In this document: positions 1 through 9,250 of the stretch, piece after piece
Position numbering within the stretch: the first letter of the stretch is position 1
How the letters are laid out: each line of letters begins with the position of its first letter
NCBI GenBank assembly: GCA_046314355.1
Contig: JBKBWQ010000001.1
Coordinates: 672,001 to 736,000, forward strand
DNA length: 64,000 nucleotides
Direction: 5' to 3'
Source of the DNA: Candidatus Altimarinota bacterium
GTDB taxonomy: Bacteria; Patescibacteriota; Gracilibacteria; 1-14-2-50-48-13
Position numbers and translations under genes: made by a program
The notes under the pieces: model-generated
The model's database searches: none
What the model was told of the DNA's origin: nothing
Seen by the model: only the letters and a program-made list of their open reading frames with translations

Positions 1-1
1 A

Positions 2-292
2 TGGGAGCAGGATCTAAATAATCTTGCTACTTGGGAACAAGAGTACCGTTTAACTCATCCAAATGCTACAGATGAAGAAGTCGATGCAGCATTTAAAACA
101 GGAATAGCAGGTATGGAACAGTGGAAGAAGGAATACAAAGCCTCACATCCAACGGCTACCGACGCAGAGGTTGATCAGGCTTTAAGAAGTTCTTTTGAAG
201 AATTTGGAAAAAATCTGGAAGAGTATAAAAAGACTCATCCAAATGCAACAGATGAAGATATCCAAAAGGCATTATCAAACATGGGGAAGTAG
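2..292 (+). CDS. 3' end of a protein (start outside window) with three ~30-aa helical repeats W/LxxEYxxxHP(N/T)ATDxE/DV/Ixx(A)
   Basis: Frame +2 is open from position 2 to TAG at 290-292. It reads WEQEYRLTHPNATDEEVDAAF / WKKEYKASHPTATDAEVDQAL / LEEYKKTHPNATDEDIQKAL. It is absent from the ORF track because the start lies outside the window. Confidence 0.85.
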   Translation, partial: WEQDLNNLATWEQEYRLTHPNATDEEVDAAFKTGIAGMEQWKKEYKASHPTATDAEVDQALRSSFEEFGKNLEEYKKTHPNATDEDIQKALSNMGK

Positions 293-295
293 AAT

Positions 296-625
296 CTACT
301 CTCTCCATTTCCCCATCCAATTCCGGATGGACTCTAGGATAGGCACAAGGTCCTGTCCTTTTTTTGTGAGCATATATTTTACCTGTAACGGTCGCTCAGT
401 AGTTACCTGTCTCTCAATGATTCCATTTGCTTCCAGCTCCTTGAGACGCTCGGTCAGCAGTCTATCACTCATGGATGGGATCATATCTCGCATATCGCAG
501 AATCTGCATTCGTCTTCAGAAAGAGCAGAAATAATGGCACCAGTCCATTTTTTTCCTATCAGTTCTACAGACTTATAAAACTGTTCGCAAACTTGCTTAT
601 TGTGTGGAGTACATTCTTTGTCCAT
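296..625 (-). CDS. HxlR-family winged-helix transcriptional regulator
   Basis: Motifs C..F.KSVELIGKKW, RFCDM, SDRLLTERLKELE, VKYMLTKKG. Divergent from a dioxygenase gene. Confidence 0.92.
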   Translation of the reverse strand: MDKECTPHNKQVCEQFYKSVELIGKKWTGAIISALSEDECRFCDMRDMIPSMSDRLLTERLKELEANGIIERQVTTERPLQVKYMLTKKGQDLVPILESIRNWMGKWRE

Positions 626-734
626 ACTTGACTTTAGTAAAATAACTACTTACTATTAATATGTAACTTATTCATATCGTATCATCGATGCTATAGCGTG
701 TCTATAGATTCATTTCATTCATATATTACCTGTC

Positions 735-1517
735 ATGTCATACCTAAGACAAGAGAAAATACAACCAGCATTATTCATTGGGCACGGAAGTCCTGAGAAT
801 GGAATACTTCATAACCAGTTTACTGAGGCATGGAGAGCGGTAGGATCGTCTCTCACAGCTCCTAAAGCTATACTTTCCATATCTGCACATTGGCTGACTG
901 ATGGGACTTATGTAAACAGCAGTACACATCCTAGAACTATCCATGACTTCTACGGTTTTCAGGAAGAACTCTATGCTTTAGAATACAATGCTCCCGGAAG
1001 TCCCGAGACTGCAAGTGATATACAGAAAAAAGATACATCCATCCTTTCTGATACTTCGTGGGGGCTTGATCACGGTACATGGGTACCGCTCCTTCATATG
1101 TTCCCTGAGCATAATATTCCGGTATTTCAGATGAGCCTGGATTATAAAAAAACGTATGAGGAACATTATGCGTTAGGAAAGCGTCTGGCAGATTTAAGAA
1201 AAGAAGGAGTGCTTATACTAGGAAGTGGAAATATAGTACACAATCTGAGAATGATCGATCCTAGAGAATCTAAGATATTTGACTGGGCAGAAAATAGCGA
1301 CAAGGTTGCGGCTGAATATATACTAAAAAGAGAACACGATAAACTCATGCATCCTTTTACATCTCATCCTGATTTTGTAAAAGCTATCCCTACACCCGAA
1401 CACTACTGGCCGCTTTTGTATGTACTGGCGGCGCAGGATTCTAGTGACTCCCTATCTTTCTTCAATGAAGGAATCGTTCATGGTAGTATCGCAATGAGAA
1501 GTGTACGGATAGGATAA
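735..1517 (+). CDS. ygiD: 4,5-DOPA-extradiol dioxygenase-like protein (LigB/YgiD family)
   Basis: Motifs FIGHGSP, ISAHW, TIHDFYGF, GLDHGTW, GSGNIVHNL, PTPEHYWPL. Confidence 0.9.
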   Translation: MSYLRQEKIQPALFIGHGSPENGILHNQFTEAWRAVGSSLTAPKAILSISAHWLTDGTYVNSSTHPRTIHDFYGFQEELYALEYNAPGSPETASDIQKKDTSILSDTSWGLDHGTWVPLLHMFPEHNIPVFQMSLDYKKTYEEHYALGKRLADLRKEGVLILGSGNIVHNLRMIDPRESKIFDWAENSDKVAAEYILKREHDKLMHPFTSHPDFVKAIPTPEHYWPLLYVLAAQDSSDSLSFFNEGIVHGSIAMRSVRIG

Positions 1518-4055
1518 TTAGTCTTTTACATATCTGTAGAAGATTCTCTTCCCTACTTCAACTGTAAGAAGGTAGACACATACGACTCCAGCAAGTGCAA
1601 GGAGTACATACCATGGCAGCGCAACAAATCCAAATACGCTCCCGAGCGGTGTAAATGGAAGAACCCATCCTAAAATAACAATAGCAAAGGTTGAAGCCAC
1701 AAGCGCCCAGTGAGGTCTGCTTTGTATAAACGGAATCTTCTTGGTACGGATCACATGAATAATCAGGGTCTGTGTAGCGAGAGATTCTATAAACCATCCT
1801 GTCTGAAACATAGCTGCATTTGCCTGAAACACATAATAGAGTAAACCGAACGTCACAAAGTCAAAGAAGGAACTGATAAGTCCAAAAGTAAGCATAAATT
1901 TTTTTACAAATCCCATATTCCATCTCTTTGGACGAAGAGTATATTCAGGATCAATATGATCTTCAGGCAGAGTCATCTGTGAAACATCATAGAGCAGATT
2001 ATTTAAAAGAATCTGGATCGGGAGCATTGGCAGAAATGGAAGCAGTATCACAGCACCAAGCACGCTAAACATATTTCCGAAATTGGAGGAAATACCCATC
2101 ATGATGTATTTCATGGAATTACCAAAGGTCTTTCTTCCCTCTTCAATACCGTCCAGAAGTACCTTGAGACTCTTCTGCGTAAGAATGATGTCAGCGGATT
2201 CCTTTGCTACATCCACGGCATTATTTACAGAGATACCAATATCTGCAGTCTGTAATGAAGGAGCATCATTGATACCATCTCCCATATATCCTACGACATA
2301 TCCGGAAGCTTTCAGTGCCATAATAATTCTATTCTTCTCATCAGGAGAAAAACGTGCAAAAATAGTATTTTTCATCGCTACCACACGTATCGCATCATCC
2401 GTGAGGCTCGCAAGATGTCCTCCCAGAATAATTCCTTCCACAGGTATACCTAGATCCTTACAGATCTTTTCTGTCACCAGTTCATTATCTCCTGTAATGA
2501 TTTTTATAGCGACACCTCTTTCTTTCAGAGCTTCTACTACTTCTTTTACATCCTGTTTTGCAGGATCAAGAAATGCTATAAATCCTAAGAGAGTCATCTC
2601 TGATTCTTCTTCAGTATGGTATACAGGTTTTTCAGCTACTTTTTTATAAGCAATAGCTACTACGCGGTACCCTTCTCTACTCAGATCCGCATATCTCTTT
2701 AATATGTCTTCTCTCACTTTTCCCTCAAGAGAGATCTCTGTATCTCCAGACTGAACAAAGACCGAATCCTTGAGTATCTCTTCAGGCGCTCCTTTTGTAA
2801 CAAGATACCGCACCTTGTCTTTTGATACGACGACACTCATCTTCTTTCGGACAAAATCAAAGGGGATCTCATCCACCTTTTCATACTCTGAGACATCCTC
2901 TCTCTTATATCTCAGTACTGCTTCATCCATAGGATTTTCAATACTGGTCTGATAAGCACTATTTAAATATGCAAATCTTAATACTTCCTCAGAATTATTA
3001 CCAAAAGCATCTTCATACTTTACGAGATCAATACGTCCTTGAGTAAGCGTACCTGTCTTATCAGTACACAAGATATTCATGCTGCCAAGATTCGGAATGG
3101 AGAGAAGCTTCTTTACCACTACTCCTTTGTCCGCCATCTTCAGAGCTCCCCGACCCATGGTAATGGACATGATCATAGGTAGGAGCTCAGGCGTGAGACC
3201 AACCGCGATGGCAATGGCAAACATGAAAGATCCCATAATGTCATGTTTGACCAGACTATTGAAGAGAAATACGAATAGTACGATAGCAATGGTAAGCTTT
3301 AGGATCAGAAAGCTGAACTGATGAATACCTTGGCTAAATTCACTTGGAATAGGACGTTCATCAAGAGTTTTCGCAATCTTACCAAACTCAGTATCGCCTC
3401 CTGTTGCCAATACAACAGCATGAGCAGAACCAGTCACGACATTTGTACCTGAGAACACAATATTATGGAGGTCACTCAAAGATCCTTGCCCATTTCGAAT
3501 TGTATCTGAGGACTTCTCGCTAGGGAGACTCTCGCCTGTCAGTGAGGATTCATTTACAAAAAAATCCTTTGATTCAAGAATTCGTGCATCAGCCGGGATC
3601 AGATCTCCGGCGTTCAAGACAAGAATATCGCCTGGAACTACATCTTTAAAGGAAATTTCAATAGGCTTTTGATCTCGAATAACTGTAGCAGTATTCGCTA
3701 GCTGAGCTTTGAGTTTCTCTGCGGCATGACTTGCCTGACGTTCCTGAAAAAAATTCAAACATGTACTCACTAGAATAATAAGCATTACGATACTACCATC
3801 TATCACTTCTCCTCTTATGTAGGATATTACTGAGGCAAAAAGAAGAATAAGAATAAGCGGATCCTTAAATTGTTTAATAAACTCAAACACTGCCCAAGTT
3901 TTCTTTTCTTCCACTAGGATATTTCTACCAAATTCAAGAAGCCTCGCAGACGCATCGATAGATGTAAGTCCTTTTTCATTTGTAGCAAGAAGAGTTACTA
4001 CCTTTGCCTTCTCTTCGGCACTTGCCTCCTGTATACTTGGTCGTGAGATTGCCAT
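1518..4055 (-). CDS. mgtA: Magnesium-translocating P-type ATPase (P3B)
   Basis: Motifs TGES, AVGLTPELLPMI, CTDKTGTLT, DEIPFDF, MGDGINDAP, SSNFGNMFS, FQTGWFIESL. Confidence 0.93.
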   Translation of the reverse strand: MAISRPSIQEASAEEKAKVVTLLATNEKGLTSIDASARLLEFGRNILVEEKKTWAVFEFIKQFKDPLILILLFASVISYIRGEVIDGSIVMLIILVSTCLNFFQERQASHAAEKLKAQLANTATVIRDQKPIEISFKDVVPGDILVLNAGDLIPADARILESKDFFVNESSLTGESLPSEKSSDTIRNGQGSLSDLHNIVFSGTNVVTGSAHAVVLATGGDTEFGKIAKTLDERPIPSEFSQGIHQFSFLILKLTIAIVLFVFLFNSLVKHDIMGSFMFAIAIAVGLTPELLPMIMSITMGRGALKMADKGVVVKKLLSIPNLGSMNILCTDKTGTLTQGRIDLVKYEDAFGNNSEEVLRFAYLNSAYQTSIENPMDEAVLRYKREDVSEYEKVDEIPFDFVRKKMSVVVSKDKVRYLVTKGAPEEILKDSVFVQSGDTEISLEGKVREDILKRYADLSREGYRVVAIAYKKVAEKPVYHTEEESEMTLLGFIAFLDPAKQDVKEVVEALKERGVAIKIITGDNELVTEKICKDLGIPVEGIILGGHLASLTDDAIRVVAMKNTIFARFSPDEKNRIIMALKASGYVVGYMGDGINDAPSLQTADIGISVNNAVDVAKESADIILTQKSLKVLLDGIEEGRKTFGNSMKYIMMGISSNFGNMFSVLGAVILLPFLPMLPIQILLNNLLYDVSQMTLPEDHIDPEYTLRPKRWNMGFVKKFMLTFGLISSFFDFVTFGLLYYVFQANAAMFQTGWFIESLATQTLIIHVIRTKKIPFIQSRPHWALVASTFAIVILGWVLPFTPLGSVFGFVALPWYVLLALAGVVCVYLLTVEVGKRIFYRYVKD

Positions 4056-4159
4056 ACTAAAAATGAAAGAAATATATCATCCCAATATTGTATCACACAG
4101 GCATTCTGATGTACAATAAAGTGAACGTGCATCTTTTTTCCCTATATTATAAGTAGTTT

Positions 4160-6544
4160 ATGGTTACAAATGCCCAGCCACGCATACCAGTGTTTCATAT
4201 TATTGCCAGAGAAATCGGTCCTATTCTCTTTAGAAATCTTTTCTCGCTGATTACATTAATAGTCGCGGTAGTTGTAACTATCCTTCTTCTCTTCGGTGAA
4301 CTCCGGGAGGGATTATTTCTAGGAAGTGCTCTCACTATCAATATATTAGTAGGAATCGTGCAGGAGATCAGAGCAAAGATTGCTCTTGAAAAGCTTCAAG
4401 CTCTTACAGCTCAAAAAGTACATAGGGTAAATGCCGATGGAAGTATCGAGACCATTGCTCTCAATGATGTAAAAGTCGGAGATATTCTCAAGCTTATCAC
4501 AGGAGATCAGGTGCCGGCCGATGGAAAGATTACTGAATCAAAAGCCATAGAGGTTAATGAAGCTCTGCTCACCGGTGAATCAGATAATATTCCCAAGTAT
4601 GAGGGCGAAGGAGTATTTGCAGGAAGTATAGTAGTAGCCGGTCATGCACTTATGATGGCTGAGACCACTCCAAAGGAGAGCTTTGTAGTAAAGATGACTG
4701 ACAAGGTAAAAAAATACAGCATCAACTTAAGTCCTATTCAGAGATCTATAGTAAAGTTTATACGTATCATGAGTGTAATATTGCTCATCGTGGTAGCTAT
4801 CATTCTTGTACGCGGACGTATAGCACAGGAGGAGCTCATCTCTATGGTAAAGGAGATCGCTGCTCTTACCGGTGCTCTAGTGCCGGAAGGACTTATTCTT
4901 GCTATTACACTTCTCTTTACCTACGGAGCAGTACGTCTTTTCAGAGGACAGCTGCTGCTGCAGGAGATCAACTCTACAGAAGGACTCGGACGTATCTACA
5001 ATCTTTGTATTGATAAAACTGGTACACTTACTGAGAATGAACCAACAGTAGATCAGCTTATACCCTATAATGAAAAGGAGCGGGAGGAGCTTGTATCTCT
5101 TACGTGTCATCATTTAAGAAGCAGCGAGGACACATCTTCCACAGGTACTGCACTTAAGAATTTCCTCTCCTATGATCAGAAACAAAAGACCAAGGTACTA
5201 GAGACACTTCCCTTTTCTTCCGAGAGAAAATATGCAGCAAGTAAGATCCAGACTACTGACGATGCAGTTGTTGTGACCGTCGGAGCTCCTGATATTTTGA
5301 TAACCTTTATCAAAAACGAAGTTCAGAAAAAATGGATAGAGGACATGATTGATCTCTATGCCTCACAGGCAAAGCGGCTTGTTCTTATCTGTAAAAGTAA
5401 AAATATCATCCGCACACGTGAAAAACCTGAGGATGAACTACAGGTACTTGGATTATTTGTGCTTTCAAATCCGCTTCGTCCAGGTACAAAGGATATCATA
5501 GATTTCTTCCAGAAGCGCGGAGTACAGATCCGCGTAATATCTGGCGACAATGCAAAGACGGTACAGGCTATTGCACAGCAGTGTGGGATAGAACAAAGCG
5601 ATAAGGTAGCTACAGGAAGTGAAATAGAGAAATGGAAAAGAAAGGATTTTTCAGTCATGGCACATAAATATCATCTCTTTGCCCGAGTACGTCCAGAGCA
5701 GAAAGAAAAACTTGTAAAGGCTTTTAAGAAAAGCGGATTCACAGCCATGGTAGGTGACGGGGCTAATGATGCGCTTGCTATTAAAAAAGCAGATCTGGGT
5801 ATTGCAATGTTTGATGGTGCAAGCGCCACAAGACAGATAGCCAAGATAGTGCTTATGAATAATAGTTTTGCTCTCCTTCCCACAGGAGTAAAACTTGCAG
5901 ACAGCATCATCTCCACTATAGAAATGGTAGGAAGTATTTTCTTCAATAAAGTAACGGCAAGTCTTGCTCTCTTTGTTATTATTGGGCTTCTTGGAGTAGG
6001 ATTCCCCATCGGTCCACGAAATATGACTATTATCAACTACTGTATTATTGGGTTTCCCGTATTCTACTGGGCAGCATTTCCTGCAGATCAGGAGAGAAGC
6101 ATCGAGGATAGACACTTCCTCAAAAAGGTTATGCCAATGGCGGCAATTAATGGACTTCTGACGGCTCTTGCCTGTGTCGCAGTGTTTATAGCCACAAAAG
6201 GCTATATGCATCCAGGGGACCATAATACATCAGTGGTATTTACCTTTGCAATGCTCGGGTACTGGTTCTTCTTGAACGTACCTAATTCACTCAATATTAA
6301 AACCACCTTGAAGCAGCGTAGAATAGCTTACGGACTTGGAGTGGTGGAAGTGCTCCTTTTCATGATTATTCTACAAGTACCGGTACTCTCAGAATTCTTT
6401 GATCTGCAGATGCCAAATATATATAGTATCCTTATGACCCTTAGTATTATCGGTCTCACTGGATCTCTCCAATATATTATACTGACAGTATTATTTAAGG
6501 AAAAATATCTCAATAAGCTTAGGAGGATATTTTCCTTGGAATAA
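4160..6544 (+). CDS. Cation-transporting P-type ATPase (CtpE-like)
   Basis: Motifs LTGES, VPEGL, DKTGTLT, PFSSERKY, ISGDN, VGDGANDALA. Multiple TM helices. Confidence 0.88.
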   Translation: MVTNAQPRIPVFHIIAREIGPILFRNLFSLITLIVAVVVTILLLFGELREGLFLGSALTINILVGIVQEIRAKIALEKLQALTAQKVHRVNADGSIETIALNDVKVGDILKLITGDQVPADGKITESKAIEVNEALLTGESDNIPKYEGEGVFAGSIVVAGHALMMAETTPKESFVVKMTDKVKKYSINLSPIQRSIVKFIRIMSVILLIVVAIILVRGRIAQEELISMVKEIAALTGALVPEGLILAITLLFTYGAVRLFRGQLLLQEINSTEGLGRIYNLCIDKTGTLTENEPTVDQLIPYNEKEREELVSLTCHHLRSSEDTSSTGTALKNFLSYDQKQKTKVLETLPFSSERKYAASKIQTTDDAVVVTVGAPDILITFIKNEVQKKWIEDMIDLYASQAKRLVLICKSKNIIRTREKPEDELQVLGLFVLSNPLRPGTKDIIDFFQKRGVQIRVISGDNAKTVQAIAQQCGIEQSDKVATGSEIEKWKRKDFSVMAHKYHLFARVRPEQKEKLVKAFKKSGFTAMVGDGANDALAIKKADLGIAMFDGASATRQIAKIVLMNNSFALLPTGVKLADSIISTIEMVGSIFFNKVTASLALFVIIGLLGVGFPIGPRNMTIINYCIIGFPVFYWAAFPADQERSIEDRHFLKKVMPMAAINGLLTALACVAVFIATKGYMHPGDHNTSVVFTFAMLGYWFFLNVPNSLNIKTTLKQRRIAYGLGVVEVLLFMIILQVPVLSEFFDLQMPNIYSILMTLSIIGLTGSLQYIILTVLFKEKYLNKLRRIFSLE

Positions 6545-6572
6545 AAAAAAGACCATACGGTTGTACGGTCTT
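6542..6572 (-). terminator. Intrinsic terminator
   Basis: On the minus strand: AGACCGTAC-AACC-GTATGGTCT followed by a T-tract, between convergent genes. Confidence 0.65.
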
Positions 6573-6594
6573 GTGTGCAGTTTTTATTTATAAA

Positions 6595-6807
6595 CTAATA
6601 TCCAGCTGCGAGAGACCAGTGGGTCTCATGAGTACGATCATGTAATGAGCCAGCCATTACATCTCCGTTTTCTCTATCCATAGGTATTGAGCATAGCGCT
6701 ACTACCACAACCAGAGTCATGGTTAGTCCAAGGATTACTTTGTCTTTAAAGGACAAAGGTTTTTCAACTGGTTCCATTATAGCAGTTATTTGTTCTCTAT
6801 TCATCAT
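6595..6807 (-). CDS. Small single-pass membrane protein
   Basis: Start moved to MMNREQ because an AGGAGG SD lies just upstream. One hydrophobic helix (VILGLTMTLVVVVALCSI). Confidence 0.6.
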   Translation of the reverse strand: MMNREQITAIMEPVEKPLSFKDKVILGLTMTLVVVVALCSIPMDRENGDVMAGSLHDRTHETHWSLAAGY

Positions 6808-6925
6808 TTCCTCCTTAAGGAATGATCGAAATATTTTTGTTTTTCCCTCTTTAAGGATATCAAAATTGATATCCTCAAAAGGAGGCAAATTATTGCAAAA
6901 TATTGACTACTTGTAAAGATAAGTC

Positions 6926-7471
6926 TTAATTTTCCTCTGAGACAAGTTTTTCATCAATAGAATACTCACCTAGAGCCTTGAGCACAGCTGGATCAAGAGG
7001 CTTTGTCTGTGATATCTTTTTTTGGGATTCCACAGACTGTGGCTGTGATACTGCGTTATTTTCTTCTATATCCCCATATATCTTAGTTGGAGCACTATCA
7101 ACATTTACACGCTCTAGAAGGATATCCCGTATCTGCTCATTTGTGATACTTATCCAGTACATCATAAAAGATTCTATAGCTTCTCTCCTGATTACTTTCA
7201 CTCTCTCTTCGTCTCTATCATGGATTACGATATCTAAGGTACGCCGTTCACTCTGCATTCCATCTATAGGATTAGGATAGCGGTATGACTTCACATTTAC
7301 CCTAACCGCCACATCTCCATGGACCACTATACTCTTTATTATGTCATGGATATTATGTATATGAACTGCCATTTCTATCTGTAATTCTTTTGGCACAACC
7401 ACTAAAAGGTCATCTAGAGTTCCCTCTATCATACCTGTACTACACTGCTCTTTTACTTTTGTAGTCTCCAT
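6926..7471 (-). CDS. Hypothetical protein
   Basis: 181-aa ORF with protein-like composition and no recognised motif. Confidence 0.65.
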   Translation of the reverse strand: METTKVKEQCSTGMIEGTLDDLLVVVPKELQIEMAVHIHNIHDIIKSIVVHGDVAVRVNVKSYRYPNPIDGMQSERRTLDIVIHDRDEERVKVIRREAIESFMMYWISITNEQIRDILLERVNVDSAPTKIYGDIEENNAVSQPQSVESQKKISQTKPLDPAVLKALGEYSIDEKLVSEEN

Positions 7472-7623
7472 AATAATAGTTAAAAAAGAGTTAGGCTATC
7501 TAGAACTATATGCTCAATAATATTAGTGGCAAGAAGTATTAATAATTTAATAACTATGCATATATAAAAGATATGAGACTGAAAATTGTACAATAATTTT
7601 TCTTACTTCCTTTTGCTTTCAAA

Positions 7624-7638
7624 CGCAACTTTGTTACA
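7624..7638. promoter_or_regulatory. Putative Zur/Fur-family operator CGCAACTTTGTTACA
   Basis: Imperfect palindrome matching the two boxes at 12188 and 12212. It overlaps a TTGCTT(7613)-16 bp-TACACT(7635) promoter candidate for the permease operon. Confidence 0.6.
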
Positions 7639-7665
7639 CTACTGAGGATTATTACTTGCACAAAT

Positions 7666-8550
7666 ATGTCAGACGCAGTTACTGTATTCTTAGGTATTAT
7701 CTTTGAAGCTACTCCTTTTATACTTCTAGGAGTAATCATTTCATCAATTCTACATCTATTTATTAAAGATGAGACTATTCTGAGACTTATACCAAAGAAT
7801 CCTTTTCTTGGTGTACTTGCCAGTGCATGTTTTGGTTTTCTTTTCCCTGTCTGCGAATGCGGAAATATTCCTGTAGCAAAAAGGCTGTTGCAGAAAAATG
7901 TACCTCCTTTTATGGTCACTACATTTTTGCTGGCAGCACCAGTCTTTAACCCTATTGTGATTTTTTCCACAATGGTTGCCTTTAAGGATCAGCCTGAGAT
8001 GGTATGGATGAGAGTAGGATTTTCGCTTTTGATAGCATGCAGTATTGGTCTTCTCATGAGTAGAATAAAAAATCCTTCAGAGCTTATCGTAGCTTCAGCA
8101 CAACATCATAATAGCGCAAGCTGCTGTTCTACGAAAAAACACAGACATTCTCTGAAGGAAATTTTTCCAAATATTGCAAAGGAATTTCTGGAAATGATGA
8201 GTATTCTTATTCTCGGAGCATTTATAGCAGCTGTAGTTCAAGGCATACTTCCTCGAAACTTTATCACCGCTGTCGGTAATGGACCTATACTTTCCATTAT
8301 ATGTATGATGTTACTTGCTGCAGTAATCTCTATCTGCTCTACAGTAGATGCTTTCTTTGCTCTCTCTTATACAGCAGCCTTTACCTCCCCTTCCATACTT
8401 GCCTTTCTCATTTTCGGACCAATGATTGATATCAAAACTATTATTATGCTTCGCGGAATCTATAAAGGGAAAACGATTTTCTGGATTACTATTCTTACAG
8501 GACTTATGACTCTCGCTATCACACTTTTTATGAACTTACATATTTCATAA
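7666..8550 (+). CDS. DUF318/ArsP_1 permease (YcgR-like), putative metal transporter
   Basis: Motifs EATPF, FPVCECGNIPV, FLLAAPVFNP, a His/Cys-rich loop, ICSTVDAF, FGPMIDIK. Confidence 0.88.
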   Translation: MSDAVTVFLGIIFEATPFILLGVIISSILHLFIKDETILRLIPKNPFLGVLASACFGFLFPVCECGNIPVAKRLLQKNVPPFMVTTFLLAAPVFNPIVIFSTMVAFKDQPEMVWMRVGFSLLIACSIGLLMSRIKNPSELIVASAQHHNSASCCSTKKHRHSLKEIFPNIAKEFLEMMSILILGAFIAAVVQGILPRNFITAVGNGPILSIICMMLLAAVISICSTVDAFFALSYTAAFTSPSILAFLIFGPMIDIKTIIMLRGIYKGKTIFWITILTGLMTLAITLFMNLHIS

Positions 8551-9249
8551 ATGATACACTTATATATTCGTTACATAGCCGGTCTTCTTCTTATATTATT
8601 CGGAGGTATCATACTCTATCTTCAGAATGCTGATAAGTTGGGATTTTATGTCTACCCTACACATATTATTTATATTTCTCTTTCAGCATTTGTACTGATA
8701 CTTACAGGGGTTTTTATTATATTTGTAAAAAGAGGTATTCACTTCCACTTGGAAAATACATACCTGCTGCCAGTATTATTTATTCCTATTCTGCTTGTGC
8801 TTTTCTTTCCCTCAAAGCCTCTTTCAAGTGATGCAGCTCTTGCTCGCGGCGTAGTAGAAGACCTTCCTGTCTTTGCTGCAGATACATCATTCAGCTTTAA
8901 TGTAGATCCGAAAAATAGACAAATTCTTGACTGGATAAAAGCATTTAATGCAGACCCCGAGCCAAACAGTTATGTTGGACAAGAAGTGGATATTCAAGGA
9001 TTTGTAGTACCTTCTGAGATCCCGAATACTTTTTTTATTACACGATTTTATATTGCATGCTGCGCTGCTGATGCACGTCCAATAGCAATTCCCGTAGAAT
9101 ACTCAGGAGATTTCACACCTGCGAAAGATGATTGGCTGGAGATTGAAAGAATAATGAAATCAGGAATCATAAATGGCGAGAGAAAAGTAGTTATTGAGAT
9201 GAAAAAATCCACTCCTATACCCGTACCTAGTAATCCTTACGCCTTTTAG
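8551..9249 (+). CDS. TIGR03943/YcgQ (DUF1980) family membrane protein
   Basis: Three N-terminal TMs, RFYIACCAADARP, and a C-terminal PSNPY. It abuts the DUF318 permease gene, its usual partner. Confidence 0.88.
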   Translation: MIHLYIRYIAGLLLILFGGIILYLQNADKLGFYVYPTHIIYISLSAFVLILTGVFIIFVKRGIHFHLENTYLLPVLFIPILLVLFFPSKPLSSDAALARGVVEDLPVFAADTSFSFNVDPKNRQILDWIKAFNADPEPNSYVGQEVDIQGFVVPSEIPNTFFITRFYIACCAADARPIAIPVEYSGDFTPAKDDWLEIERIMKSGIINGERKVVIEMKKSTPIPVPSNPYAF

Positions 9250-9250
9250 T

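Noticed and set aside
195-578. 127-aa plus-strand ORF
   Set aside because: It overlaps the repeat-protein frame and lies antisense to hxlR, so it is a shadow ORF.
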